Positions 19,043 to 30,320 of a DNA stretch of 64,000 nt are shown piece after piece; within the stretch, counting starts at the first letter, position 1; every line of letters begins with the position of its first letter. A program made the position numbers and the translations under genes. Location of the stretch: contig JAYZQJ010000038.1 in the NCBI GenBank assembly GCA_036149055.1, positions 12,343-76,342 of the forward strand, read 5' to 3'. The stretch is from Myxococcota bacterium. GTDB taxonomy: Bacteria; Myxococcota_A; Polyangia; Polyangiales; Sandaracinaceae. Under the pieces are notes generated by a model that saw nothing but the letters and a program-made list of their open reading frames with translations, had not been told where the DNA came from and did no database searches.

Positions 19043-20332
19043 ATGAACCGTCGAGATCTACTGATGGGCGGCGCGGTGGCGGTCGCCGGCGCGGCGCTCG
19101 CGCGCGGCGTGGCCGAGGCTCAGGACGACGCGAGCGGAGACGCGCCGCCGGCCAGCGACGTGGACGGACGCTATCGCCCGGTCGTCACGCCCAACGGCTC
19201 GTCGTTGCCCTTCCGCATGGTGGGCGGCGTGAAGGTCTTCCACCTCGTCGCCGAGCCCGTGCACAACGTCTTCACCGAAGGGCTCGAGGCCCACTGCTGG
19301 GGCTACAACGGCAGCACGCCGGGGCCGACGCTCGAGGCGGTCGAGGGCGATCGCGTGCGCATCTACGTGACGAACCGTCTGCCGGAGCCGACGACCGTTC
19401 ACTGGCACGGCGTGATCCTGCCTTCCGGCATGGACGGCGTCGGCGGGCTCTCCCAGCACCCCATCCCGCCGGGGGAGACCTTTCGCTACGAGTTCACGTT
19501 CCCGCACGCGGGGACCTTCATGTACCACCCGCACTGGGACGAGATGACCCAGATGGCGCTGGGCATGATGGGCATGCTCGTGGTCCACCCTCGTCGGCCG
19601 CGCGGGCGGCAGCCCGATCGCGACTTCGCGATCATGTTGAGCGAGTGGAGCATCCCGATCGGATCGGCGCGACCGAACCCGATCGAGATGAACGACTTCA
19701 ACGTGCTCACGATGAACTCGAAGGTGTTCCCGGGGACGGACCCCCTCGTGGCTCGGCGGGGGGACCTCGTGCGCATCCGCTTCGGGAACCTGAGCGGCAT
19801 CGACAATCACCCGGTCCATCTTCACGGCTACTCCTTCCGCACCACCGCCACCGATGGCGGCGAGATCCCGCGGAGCGCGCAGCAGCCGAACACCACCGTC
19901 CTCGTGCCGACCGGGTCGTGTCGCGTGATCGAGTTCGTCGCGGACAACCCCGGCGACTGGGCGATGCACTGCCACATGACCCACCACGTCATGAATCAGA
20001 TGGGGCACGACTTCCCCAACATGGTGGGCGCCGAGCTGCCCGTCGCGACGCGCCGCATCCGCCGCATGATCCCGGGCTACATGACGATGGGCACCGACGG
20101 GATGGCCTCGATGGGCGAGATGGAGATGCCGGTCCCCGAGAACAGCATCCCCATGCGCGGCGGCCCGGGCGCCTACGGGCGGATCGACATGGGCGGCATG
20201 TTCACCATCCTCAAGGTGCGCGAGAGCCTCGCGAGCTACGACCGCGACCCGGGCTGGTACGAGCCGCCGCCTGGCACCGTGGCGCGCGCGGCCACCGCGA
20301 CCGAGCTGGCCGCCGACGGGATCGAGACCTGA
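19043..20332 (+). CDS. Multicopper oxidase, short two-cupredoxin type, Tat-exported
   Basis: Tat signal MNRRDLL; HWHG, YHPH, HPVHLHG and HCHMTHH copper motifs; Met-rich C-terminal region. Confidence 0.92.
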   Translation: MNRRDLLMGGAVAVAGAALARGVAEAQDDASGDAPPASDVDGRYRPVVTPNGSSLPFRMVGGVKVFHLVAEPVHNVFTEGLEAHCWGYNGSTPGPTLEAVEGDRVRIYVTNRLPEPTTVHWHGVILPSGMDGVGGLSQHPIPPGETFRYEFTFPHAGTFMYHPHWDEMTQMALGMMGMLVVHPRRPRGRQPDRDFAIMLSEWSIPIGSARPNPIEMNDFNVLTMNSKVFPGTDPLVARRGDLVRIRFGNLSGIDNHPVHLHGYSFRTTATDGGEIPRSAQQPNTTVLVPTGSCRVIEFVADNPGDWAMHCHMTHHVMNQMGHDFPNMVGAELPVATRRIRRMIPGYMTMGTDGMASMGEMEMPVPENSIPMRGGPGAYGRIDMGGMFTILKVRESLASYDRDPGWYEPPPGTVARAATATELAADGIET

Positions 20333-20371
20333 GGCGGGCTCGATGAACCCCCGCCGTGGCGGCATGCTTCC

Positions 20372-21376
20372 GTGATGCGCCCGAGTTTCGCCGCTCACTG
20401 GTTCCCCGTCTGCCTCCTGCTCCTGGCGGGGGGAGCGTGTGACGGCGGCCCGGTCCGCGACGACGCGGCGGTGGTGGACGCGTCGGGCGAGCCGGACGCG
20501 GGAGAGGCAGACGCCGGGCCCCAACACCCGGCGACCCTTTCGGAGACCGGGCTGCTCGCCGCGGACGGTACCCTCGCGCCGACCGCGCTGACCTACGACG
20601 TGCGGTACCCCCTCTGGAGTGATGGCTCGACGAAGCGACGCTACTTGCTCCTCCCCGAGGGGACGTCGATCGACACCGCCGACCCCGACGGCTGGCGCTT
20701 CCCGGTCGGCGCGCGTGTGTTCAAGGAGTTCTCCGTGGACGGCCGACCCATCGAGACCCGCATGCTCCACAAGGTCGACGAGGACGACTGGGTGAGGGTG
20801 GCCTACCTGCACCGCCCGGACGGGAGTGACGCGGACGCGGTGCCCGACGGCGCCACCGACGCGCTCGGGACGGCGCACGACGTGCCCGACCGCGCCGACT
20901 GCTTTCAGTGTCACCGCGGGGCGCCCGACTTCGTGCTCGGCATCTCCGCGTTCCAGCTCGACCGGGAGTCGTTCGACGCGTGGGTGGCGGCAGGGGTGAT
21001 CCCGTCCGACGCGCCCTTCGCCGAGCCGCCCGGGGACGAGGCGCAGCGCGACGCCCTCGGCTACCTCGCCGCCAACTGCGGCCACTGTCACAACGACCGA
21101 CACCCGCTCTCGATCCACCGCGCGCTGCGGCTAGACCTCCGCGTCGGAGTGACCGATCCGCTCACGGTGCCGGCGTGGCGCACCAGCGCGGGGCAGGACG
21201 CCTTCCACGAGCTCGACGGGGTGCGGGCCCTGCTGACCCCCGGCGACCCCGAGGCGTCGCAGCTCTACCGCCGCATGGGGGTCCGCGACGAGACCGCGAT
21301 GCCTCCGCTGGGAACCGAGCGCGTCGACGAGGTCGGCCGCGCCGCGGTGAGTCGCTGGATCCTCGACGCGCGCTGA
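20372..21376 (+). CDS. Diheme c-type cytochrome lipoprotein (SO2930-like)
   Basis: LLLAGGAC lipobox; PLWSDG..KRRY and FPVGA..KEF..ETRML motifs; two CxxCH (CFQCH, CGHCH); MPPLG distal Met. Confidence 0.75.
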   Translation: MMRPSFAAHWFPVCLLLLAGGACDGGPVRDDAAVVDASGEPDAGEADAGPQHPATLSETGLLAADGTLAPTALTYDVRYPLWSDGSTKRRYLLLPEGTSIDTADPDGWRFPVGARVFKEFSVDGRPIETRMLHKVDEDDWVRVAYLHRPDGSDADAVPDGATDALGTAHDVPDRADCFQCHRGAPDFVLGISAFQLDRESFDAWVAAGVIPSDAPFAEPPGDEAQRDALGYLAANCGHCHNDRHPLSIHRALRLDLRVGVTDPLTVPAWRTSAGQDAFHELDGVRALLTPGDPEASQLYRRMGVRDETAMPPLGTERVDEVGRAAVSRWILDAR

Positions 21377-21703
21377 GTCTCCGGAGGCAGCATGCGCCCC
21401 CTCCCGCCCCACCCGGAAGAGCCGGCTCGGGCTCAACTTCTGCCCCGGCTCCGCTCCCCCCTCGGGGTTGGTTGGCGCCTGACGTACTGGGTGTACGGAC
21501 AGCTCCATGGCAGCGACGGCGATGATCGGCGCAGGAGTCGGTCGGGTGGCGGCCGGCCCGGCGGACGCGGGGGCAAGCGCGCTCTCGACGACGAGGGGCC
21601 CAGCGCTCGCCTCCGCCCCCAAGGTAGAGGCCGCGTTCTCCGACCGAGCGCGCGCCCGCCTCGATTCCCACCCGACCAGACGAGGCTGGGAGAAAGCGCT
21701 GAC

Positions 21704-23020
21704 GTGAGCGCCGAATACGAGAAGGGCAGCCTGAGCCTCGTGAGCACGGTGGCGATGGGCACCGGGGTGATGATCGGCGCCGGCATCTTCGCGCTCACCG
21801 GGCAGGTCGCGCAGTTCGCCGGCGCGCTCTTCCCTCTCGCGTTCCTCGTGGCGGCGGTGATCAGCGGCTTCAGCGCCTACTCCTACATCAAGGTCTCCAG
21901 CGCCTACCCCTCCGCGGGCGGCATCGCGATGATCCTGAAGAAGGCGTACGGGCAGCGCACCGTCACCGGAGCCGCGGCGCTGCTCATGGCCTTCTCGATG
22001 ATCATCAACGAGGCGCTGGTGGCGCGGACCTTCGGGGTCTACGCGCTGCACCCCTTCGATGTGGACGGGGACAGCTGGCTGGTGCCGCTGCTCGCCGTGG
22101 GGCTCATCGCGGTCGCGTTCGTGATCAACATCGCCGGCAACGAGGTGATCGGGAACGTCTCCAAGGTCACCTCGGGCATCAAGGTCCTGGGTATCCTCGG
22201 CTTCGCGGGCGTGACGCTGTGGTTCGCGGGCTTCGGCTTCGAGCCGGCCGAATCGCTCGGGGCGGAGAGCGGCCCTGGCGGCTTCCTCGCCGGCGTCGCC
22301 ATGGCGATCCTCGCCTACAAGGGGTTCACCACCATCACCAACAGCGGCGGCGAGGTCGAGGACCCGGAGAAGAACGTCGGCCGCGCCATCGTGATCTCCC
22401 TGGTGATCTGTCTGGCGGTCTACCTCGTCGTCAGCTGGGCCGTCGGCTCGACGCTCACCGTCGAGGAGATCGTGCGGGCGCGAGACTACTCGCTGGCCGC
22501 GGCCTCGGAGCCGGCGATCGGGCGATACGGGACCTGGTTCACGGTCGGCATCGCGATCCTCGCCACCGCCTCCGGGCTGCTGGCGAGCCTCTTCGCCGTC
22601 TCACGCATGCTGGCGATGCTGACCGACATGAACCTGATCCCTCACCGGCACTTCGGCATGCCGGGGGACGTGCAGAAGCACGTCCTCGTGTACACGGTGG
22701 TCGTGGCGGCGCTCCTGGCGGCCTTCTTCGACATCGGGCGCATCGCCTCCCTCGGCGCGGTCTTCTACCTCGTGATGGACATCACGATTCACCGGGGCGT
22801 CCATCGTCACCTCCGCGACGACGTGGACGCGCGTGGGTGGGTCCTCCTCACCGCGATCGCCCTGGACGTCGTCGCGCTCGTCGCCTTCCTCGTGGTCAAG
22901 AGCATGAACGATCCCCTCATCGTCGGCGTCTCCCTCGGCGGCGTCGTGGCGATCACCGCCTTCGAGCGCTGGTACCTCGCGCGCGTCCGCGAGGGTGAGA
23001 TCTGCGACGCCGGCGGTTGA
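21704..23020 (+). CDS. APC-family amino acid permease
   Basis: GTGVMIGAGIFAL, PSAGG and AYKGFTTITN..EVEDPEKN motifs; about 12 TM segments; GTG start after GGGAG. Confidence 0.88.
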   Translation: MSAEYEKGSLSLVSTVAMGTGVMIGAGIFALTGQVAQFAGALFPLAFLVAAVISGFSAYSYIKVSSAYPSAGGIAMILKKAYGQRTVTGAAALLMAFSMIINEALVARTFGVYALHPFDVDGDSWLVPLLAVGLIAVAFVINIAGNEVIGNVSKVTSGIKVLGILGFAGVTLWFAGFGFEPAESLGAESGPGGFLAGVAMAILAYKGFTTITNSGGEVEDPEKNVGRAIVISLVICLAVYLVVSWAVGSTLTVEEIVRARDYSLAAASEPAIGRYGTWFTVGIAILATASGLLASLFAVSRMLAMLTDMNLIPHRHFGMPGDVQKHVLVYTVVVAALLAAFFDIGRIASLGAVFYLVMDITIHRGVHRHLRDDVDARGWVLLTAIALDVVALVAFLVVKSMNDPLIVGVSLGGVVAITAFERWYLARVREGEICDAGG

Positions 23021-23069
23021 TCATTCCGTCGATGCCGGCTAAGCGCGTCCCTTGCTCGGAAGGGATCCC

Positions 23070-24470
23070 ATGTCGCGCTACGCTCTGCTCCTCTCGTTCC
23101 TCTGCCTCGGCTGCGGCGAAGCCGCCACGACGCCCGACGGAGGCGGGGACGCGGCCTCGGAGCCCGCCTGGTCGACGCCCGCGCTGCGCGGTCCGGAGGC
23201 GGCGCTGGAGGACGAGAACCCCGACCCCGACGTGGTCGAGGTCCACCTCCGGGCCGAGCTGATCGAGGTCGATCTCGGCGACGGCACCACGCGGGAGATG
23301 CTCGGCTACAACGGCCTCTTCCCGGGGCCCGTGTTGCAAGCCGAGGTCGGTGACGAGGTGATCGTGCACTTCGAGAACCACACCTGGGACGAGACGACGG
23401 TGCACTGGCACGGCCTGCGGATCAGCGACCAGATGGACGGCTCGCCCCGGATCCAGGAGCCGGTGGCGGCCGACGGAGGGACCTTCACGTACCGCTTCGT
23501 CGTGCCCGAGGCCGGCACGTTCTGGTACCACCCTCACGTCCGGACCAACGAACAGCTGGAGATGGGGCTCGTCGGCACGCTCGTCGTGCACGACCGCGAG
23601 GATCCCGTCTTCGACGCCGAGCGGGTGATCGCGCTCGACGACATCCTCATCGATCCCAGCACCGACGAGATCGCGCCCTTCCTCGCCTTCCACCCCGAGC
23701 TCGTGCACGGCCGCAGCGGCAACGTCCTGCTCACGAACGGGCGCGTGAGCCCCGGGCCCGACCACGAGGCGCGCCCTGGCCAGGTCGAGCGCTGGCGCAT
23801 CGTCAACACCGCGAACGCCCGCACGATGAGCCTCTCGCTGACCGGCGCGTCGATGCGCGTCGTCGGCACCGACGCCGGGCGCCTCGCCGAGCCCTTCGAG
23901 ACCACGCGGCTCGAGCTCCCGGTGGGTCAGCGTTACGACCTCGAGGTCCGCTACGACGGCCCCGGCCTGGTGGCTCTGCAGAGCCACGTGCTCGGGCGCG
24001 ACGGCGCGGGCGACATCGTCGAGATGGCCGTGCCCGTCTACGTCGTCGACGTCGGGGGAGACGCGGTGGAGCCGCGGGAGATCGTGTGGCCCGAGCTGCC
24101 CGCGCCCGAGCCGCGGACGATCGATCGGGAGGTCGAGATGTCCTTCGACGCGATCGACGACCCCGAGCTGGGCATCCTCTGGCGAATCAACGGCGAGGCG
24201 CATCGCACCGAGCCGCTCTTCACCTTCGGCCGCGGCGAGACCGTGCGCATGACGCTCCGCAACCTCAACGGTCAGGAGCACCCCTTCCACCTGCACGGCC
24301 AGTTCTTCGAGGTGGTCGGTCGCCCGGGACTCTACGACACGGTGCTGGTCGGGGGCTCGGCCACGGTGGAGATCATCGCTCACCTCGACAACCCCGGGCG
24401 CTGGATGGCGCACTGCCACATCCTCGAGCACGCCGAGCTCGGCATGATGAGCGAGATCGTCGTCGAGTAG
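23070..24470 (+). CDS. Three-domain multicopper oxidase lipoprotein
   Basis: MSRYALLLSFLCLGC lipobox; HWHG, WYHPH, HPFHLHG and HCHILEHAELGM motifs. Confidence 0.92.
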   Translation: MSRYALLLSFLCLGCGEAATTPDGGGDAASEPAWSTPALRGPEAALEDENPDPDVVEVHLRAELIEVDLGDGTTREMLGYNGLFPGPVLQAEVGDEVIVHFENHTWDETTVHWHGLRISDQMDGSPRIQEPVAADGGTFTYRFVVPEAGTFWYHPHVRTNEQLEMGLVGTLVVHDREDPVFDAERVIALDDILIDPSTDEIAPFLAFHPELVHGRSGNVLLTNGRVSPGPDHEARPGQVERWRIVNTANARTMSLSLTGASMRVVGTDAGRLAEPFETTRLELPVGQRYDLEVRYDGPGLVALQSHVLGRDGAGDIVEMAVPVYVVDVGGDAVEPREIVWPELPAPEPRTIDREVEMSFDAIDDPELGILWRINGEAHRTEPLFTFGRGETVRMTLRNLNGQEHPFHLHGQFFEVVGRPGLYDTVLVGGSATVEIIAHLDNPGRWMAHCHILEHAELGMMSEIVVE

Positions 24471-24479
24471 CTCGGCCGC

Positions 24480-24504
24480 GTAATGCTCCGCCGGAGCGCT
24501 CGTC
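24480..24504 (+). promoter_or_regulatory. ECF-sigma-type promoter GTAA-N17-CGTC upstream of copA
   Basis: GTAAtgctccgccggagcgctCGTC, ending 32 bp before the ATG. Confidence 0.7.
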
Positions 24505-24536
24505 CTCCCTGCAGACGATTCGCAGAGGAGGACGAG

Positions 24537-26798
24537 ATGGAAGCGACGATGGAGCTGGAGGCGGGGGCGGCGGAGGAGCTGTGCCTGCTGCCGATCCGAG
24601 GCATGACCTGCGCGAGCTGCGTGGGTCGGGTGGAGGCGGCGCTGGCGAAGGTCGACGGGGTCGGCGAGGCCACCGTCGACTTCGCCGGGGAGCGCGCGAC
24701 GGTCCGCTTCGATCCGGGGCGCACCGATCGCGCGGCCCTGGCGCGCGCGGTGGAGGCGGCCGGGTACTCCGTGCCCGGCGCCGCGCCGCCGGAGGCGAGC
24801 GAGGACCCGGACGTCGCGGCCGCCCGCGCGCTCCGGAGAGACTTCGTCGTCGCGCTCCTCTTCACGTTGCCGCTGCTCGTCCTCGGCATGTCGCACGGCG
24901 CGATCCCGGGCGCGGATGGGCCTCTCGGGCGCGCGGCGCAGCTCGTCCTGGCGACGGTCGTGCTGCTCGGGCCCGGCCGGCGGTTCTTCCGATTGGCCTG
25001 GGTCGCGGCGCGTCACCGCACCGCCGACATGAACACCCTCGTCGCGCTCGGGACCGGCGCGGCCTACGGGTACTCGGCGGTGGCGGTCCTGGCCCCGCAG
25101 CTCTTCGCCCACGCGGCCCACGGCGCCCAGCCCCACGTGTACTTCGAGGCGGCCGGCGCGATCCTGACCTTCGTCTTGCTCGGCAAGATCCTCGAGGGGC
25201 GCGCGCGACGCCGGCTGTCCGACGCCGTGCAGAGGCTCGTCGCGCTGCAGCCCGCGACCGCGCTGCGCCTCTCGCCGGATGGCGCGGAGGAGGAGGTGCC
25301 GCTCTCCGCCGTCGAGCCGGGCGATCTGGTGATCGTCCGCCCGGGCGCGCGGATCCCGGTGGACGGCGAGGTCGTCGGCGGCGCGTCGGCGGTGGACGAG
25401 TCCACCCTGACCGGTGAGAGCCTCCCCGTGGACAAGCGGGCGGGTGACCTCGTCCACGGCGGCACGCTGAACGAGAGCGGGTCGCTCCGGGTGAGGGTGC
25501 GCGCGCGCGGCGAGGAGTCGGCCCTGGCGCGGGTCGTCGACGCGGTGCGCCGCGCGCAGGGCTCGAAGGCGCCCATCGCGCGGCTCGCCGACGTCATCAG
25601 CGCGTGGTTCGTGCCGGTCGTGCTCGTGATCGCGACCGTCACCTTCGGCGTCTGGGTGGCGCTCGATCCCTCGGACGCGGGAGTCGCCACCGCGGTCGAG
25701 CGCTTCGTCGCGGTGCTCGTGATCGCGTGTCCGTGCGCGCTCGGGTTGGCCACGCCCGCGGCCATCGCGGTCGGCACCGCGCGGGGCGCCGAGCTGGGCG
25801 TGCTCGTCGGAGGCGGCGCGGCGCTCGAGGCGGCGAGCCGCGTCGACACCGTGCTGCTCGACAAGACCGGCACGCTCACCGTCGGCGAGCCGGTCCTCAC
25901 CGACGTGGTGCCGGTCGCGGGCGGTGACGCGGACGCCCTCCTCGCCTGGGTCGCGGTCGCGGAGGCCGAGAGCGAGCACCCCATCGCGCGTGCCCTGGTG
26001 CGCGGAGCCCGAGCGAGGGGGATCCACGTCCGGCGACCCGACACCCTCACCGCGGCGGTCGGCTCTGGCGTCGAAGCGCTCTTGGGCGAGCGGCGCGTCC
26101 GCGTCGGCACGGAGGCGTGGCTCGCCGAGGTGGGAGTCGACGCGTCGGCTCTCCGTGACGCGGCGGATCGACTCGCCGACGCGGGACGCTCGATCGCGTA
26201 CGTCGCCGTCGACGGAGCCCTCGCCGGGCTCGTGGGCGTCGCGGACCGGGCGGCGCCGGAGGCCGCGGCCGCCGTGTCGGCGCTGCGGGAGATGGGGGTG
26301 GAGGTCGCCATGGTGACCGGCGACCGGGAGGGACCGGCGCGCGCCGTCGCGCTGGAGCTGGGGATCGCGCGGGTCTTCGCGGAGGTGCGACCGGAGGGCA
26401 AGGCGGCGATCGTCGCCGAGGAGCGGGCGCGCGGCCGCCGCGTCGCCATGGTCGGCGATGGGGTCAACGACGCCCCGGCGCTCGCCACCGCCGACGTGGG
26501 CGTCACCGTCGGGACCGGCGCCGACGTCGCCGTGGCCGCCGCGGACGTCGCCCTGTCCGGCGCCGGCGTGTCGAAGCTGCCCCGCGCGTTGAGGCTGGCG
26601 CGGGCGACGATGCGCACCATCCGTCAGAACCTGTTCTGGGCGTTCGTCTACAACCTGGCGGGCATCCCGGTGGCCGCCGGGATGCTCTACCCCTGGACCG
26701 GCTGGCAGCTCTCCCCGGTCCTCGCGAGCGCGGCGATGTCGCTCTCCAGCGTCTCGGTGCTCCTCTCGTCGCTCCGGCTCCGTCGGTTCGCTCCGTGA
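24537..26798 (+). CDS. copA: Copper-translocating P1B-type ATPase
   Basis: GMTCASC metal-binding domain; [26 protein letters not shown] and MSLSS motifs; RBS GAGGAGG. Confidence 0.95.
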   Translation: MEATMELEAGAAEELCLLPIRGMTCASCVGRVEAALAKVDGVGEATVDFAGERATVRFDPGRTDRAALARAVEAAGYSVPGAAPPEASEDPDVAAARALRRDFVVALLFTLPLLVLGMSHGAIPGADGPLGRAAQLVLATVVLLGPGRRFFRLAWVAARHRTADMNTLVALGTGAAYGYSAVAVLAPQLFAHAAHGAQPHVYFEAAGAILTFVLLGKILEGRARRRLSDAVQRLVALQPATALRLSPDGAEEEVPLSAVEPGDLVIVRPGARIPVDGEVVGGASAVDESTLTGESLPVDKRAGDLVHGGTLNESGSLRVRVRARGEESALARVVDAVRRAQGSKAPIARLADVISAWFVPVVLVIATVTFGVWVALDPSDAGVATAVERFVAVLVIACPCALGLATPAAIAVGTARGAELGVLVGGGAALEAASRVDTVLLDKTGTLTVGEPVLTDVVPVAGGDADALLAWVAVAEAESEHPIARALVRGARARGIHVRRPDTLTAAVGSGVEALLGERRVRVGTEAWLAEVGVDASALRDAADRLADAGRSIAYVAVDGALAGLVGVADRAAPEAAAAVSALREMGVEVAMVTGDREGPARAVALELGIARVFAEVRPEGKAAIVAEERARGRRVAMVGDGVNDAPALATADVGVTVGTGADVAVAAADVALSGAGVSKLPRALRLARATMRTIRQNLFWAFVYNLAGIPVAAGMLYPWTGWQLSPVLASAAMSLSSVSVLLSSLRLRRFAP

Positions 26799-26801
26799 GG
26801 T

Positions 26802-26826
26802 GTAAGACGGGGCGGCCTCCTGCGTC
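26802..26826 (+). promoter_or_regulatory. ECF-sigma-type promoter GTAA-N17-CGTC directly upstream of the CorE-like sigma gene (possible autoregulation)
   Basis: GTAAgacggggcggcctcctgCGTC followed by RBS AAGGAGG. Confidence 0.7.
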
Positions 26827-26847
26827 CTCGGGGAGAAGGAGGTCGCC

Positions 26848-27462
26848 ATGCCCGTCCACACCGAACGCCGCCCCTTGTCATCGACGCCCGCCGGGCTCCA
26901 GAGTCCAGACGTGACCCGCTCCCGGTCCGACGCCGCCGCGATCGCCGCCTCCCTGGCCGAGCGCCAGGGCGAGTTCCTGAGCTTCCTGGAGAGGCGGCTC
27001 GGCGACCGCGCGCTCGCGCAGGACGTGCTGCAGGACGCATTCGTGCGGAGCCTGGACCGGCTCTCGGATCTTCGCGATCCGGGGGCCGCGGTCGCTTGGT
27101 TCTACCGCACCCTGCGCAACGCGGCCGTCGACCACGGCCGGCGCGCCGGGGCCTCTCGTCGCGCCCTCGAGGCCTTCGCCTCCGAGCTCGAGGTGGCCGA
27201 CGCGGGCCGGGAGACCCACGCGCAGGTGTGCCGCTGTGTCACCGCCCTGGCCCGTGACCTGAAGCCCTCCTACGCGGCCGCGGTCGAGCGCGTCGACGTC
27301 GAGGGCGCCGCGGTGAAGGACTTCGCGCGCGAGGAGGGGATCACCAGCAACAACGCCGGCGTGCGAGTCTTCCGGGCCCGCGCGGCGCTGCGGGCCAAGG
27401 TGGTCGAGACCTGCGGAGCGTGCGCGGCCCGCGGCTGCGTCGACTGCACCTGCGGAACGTGA
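26848..27462 (+). CDS. CorE-like metal-responsive ECF sigma factor with a C-terminal Cys-rich domain
   Basis: Sigma region 2 (AQDVLQDAF, WFYRTLRNAAVD); CxC linker (CRC); region 4 (RVFRARAALR); tail CGACAARGCVDCTC; no adjacent anti-sigma gene. This is the architecture of Myxococcus CorE (ECF44). Confidence 0.88.
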   Translation: MPVHTERRPLSSTPAGLQSPDVTRSRSDAAAIAASLAERQGEFLSFLERRLGDRALAQDVLQDAFVRSLDRLSDLRDPGAAVAWFYRTLRNAAVDHGRRAGASRRALEAFASELEVADAGRETHAQVCRCVTALARDLKPSYAAAVERVDVEGAAVKDFAREEGITSNNAGVRVFRARAALRAKVVETCGACAARGCVDCTCGT

Positions 27463-27519
27463 AGCGGCGGACCGCGCTCGTCCGCGCGGCCCGCCGGCTC
27501 GTGATCCCATCCCGTCGCC

Positions 27520-27744
27520 TCAGCGAGGGGACGCTTCGTACCCAGCGCTCGCGACGGCCGCGCAGAGCGCCTCGTCGGAGACCCCATCGTGCGTGACCCG
27601 GGCCAGCCCGTCGGCGACGTGGACCTGGACCCCCGTCACCCCGGCGATCGCGCGCAGCGCCCGCTCGACCCGGCCGCCGCAGCTCCCGCAGGTCATGCCC
27701 TCGACCCGGAGGGTCGTCTCTCGCTCGTCCTTCTTCGTGCTCAT
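27520..27744 (-). CDS. copZ: CopZ-like heavy-metal chaperone (HMA domain)
   Basis: VEGMTCGSC motif; 74 aa; RBS GAGGAG. Confidence 0.88.
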   Translation of the reverse strand: MSTKKDERETTLRVEGMTCGSCGGRVERALRAIAGVTGVQVHVADGLARVTHDGVSDEALCAAVASAGYEASPR

Positions 27745-27784
27745 GCTCGTCTCTCCTCTTCGCGGCGACGCGCCGCAACGAAGA

Positions 27785-27809
27785 GACGACGACGACGCTG
27801 ACGCATTAC
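27785..27809 (-). promoter_or_regulatory. ECF-sigma-type promoter GTAA-N17-CGTC upstream of copZ
   Basis: The minus strand reads GTAAtgcgtcagcgtcgtcgtCGTC. Confidence 0.65.
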
Positions 27810-27816
27810 GCGAAGG

Positions 27817-28152
27817 TCAGCGCACGACGAGCGCGCCGCGATACATGCCCATCCCGCAGGTGAACGCCACACGGTCCCGGTCGCCCACGTCGAGCGTCAC
27901 CGCGACCCGCTCCCCGACGGGCAGCTCGCGGCGGATGTCGTGGCTCGGGATCACGAGCGTGCCCCCGCAGCCGCGCTCGCTCGTGCGCGTGAAGACGAGC
28001 GTGATCCTCTCGCCGCGCTCGACCTCCACGGACCCGGGGTGATATCCGCGCTCGTCGACCGTGATCTCGAAGCGGCGCGGGGGATCGGCGAGCGTCACGC
28101 TGGTGATGAGGGAGAGAGTCAGCGAGAGGAGGACCGACGAGAGGATGCGCAT
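27817..28152 (-). CDS. Cupredoxin-domain protein (CupA-like), secreted
   Basis: Signal peptide; GYHPGSVEV, GCG and FTCGMGMYRG motifs. Confidence 0.85.
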   Translation of the reverse strand: MRILSSVLLSLTLSLITSVTLADPPRRFEITVDERGYHPGSVEVERGERITLVFTRTSERGCGGTLVIPSHDIRRELPVGERVAVTLDVGDRDRVAFTCGMGMYRGALVVR

Positions 28153-28203
28153 GCACGCATCCTGGGGCGCCGACGGCCGCATCGCAATGTCGTCCCGCCG
28201 CGG

Positions 28204-28542
28204 TCAGCCCCTCGAGGAGGGCGCGCAGACGTCGGAGCGGATGAGGAAGCGGACGCCGCGCGGCGCCTCGAGGGAGAAGCCGGCCCCGCGGCCGGGCACC
28301 ACGTCGAGGGTCAGCTCGGTGTGCTTCCAGAGCTCGTACTGGTCGCCGCCCATGTAGAACGGGCAGCCCTCGATCTCGCCGAGCTCCACGTCGCGCGCGC
28401 CGAGCTTCAGCTCCCCGCGCGGGTAACACATCGGTGCGCTCCCATCGCAGCACCCGCCGGACTGGTGGAACATCAAGGGCCCGTGCTCCTCGATGAGCGA
28501 GCGGATCAACGCGCGAGCCTCGTCGGTAGCGTGAACGGCCAT
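28204..28542 (-). CDS. DUF779-family protein (aldehyde-dehydrogenase associated)
   Basis: HGPLMFHQSGGCCDGSAPMC and GRGAGFSLE motifs. Confidence 0.92.
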   Translation of the reverse strand: MAVHATDEARALIRSLIEEHGPLMFHQSGGCCDGSAPMCYPRGELKLGARDVELGEIEGCPFYMGGDQYELWKHTELTLDVVPGRGAGFSLEAPRGVRFLIRSDVCAPSSRG

Positions 28543-28615
28543 GTCGACTCCTGGAGAGCGGTGGGCGGAGACGCGAGGGCAGGGGCGGAGAGGGACCGCC
28601 CCTGCCCAGGTGAGC

Positions 28616-30136
<1,521 letters not shown>

Positions 30137-30167
30137 GTTCGACCTCCTCGGGTTCGACCCGCCCTGG

Positions 30168-30183
30168 TGCAGCCGCCGTTCCA
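30168..30183 (-). promoter_or_regulatory. Sigma54 (-24/-12) promoter for the aldehyde dehydrogenase
   Basis: The minus strand reads TGGAACGGCGGCTGCA (GG-N10-GC); a sigma54 activator gene is divergent from it. Confidence 0.7.
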
Positions 30184-30320
30184 GCCCCGAAACGGCGCGG
30201 CGCGGCCGGCTCGCGGCCCGAGAAGTGGAGCGAATCGAAACACCCGGTGGCGCGAGGCGCGCCAGATCCGTGTCCGGCTTGTGATCATCGCGTTTCGGCT
30301 GCACCGTGAATTCGATGGGG

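Noticed and set aside
21377..21703. Possible small gene (21507-21707) or N-terminal extension of the APC permease
   Set aside because: It has no recognisable motif and weak codon bias, and the GTG at 21704 has an RBS and gives a normal APC N-terminus.
28153..28203. A fifth ECF motif upstream of the cupredoxin gene
   Set aside because: CGTC is present but the -35 position reads GGGA, not GTAA.
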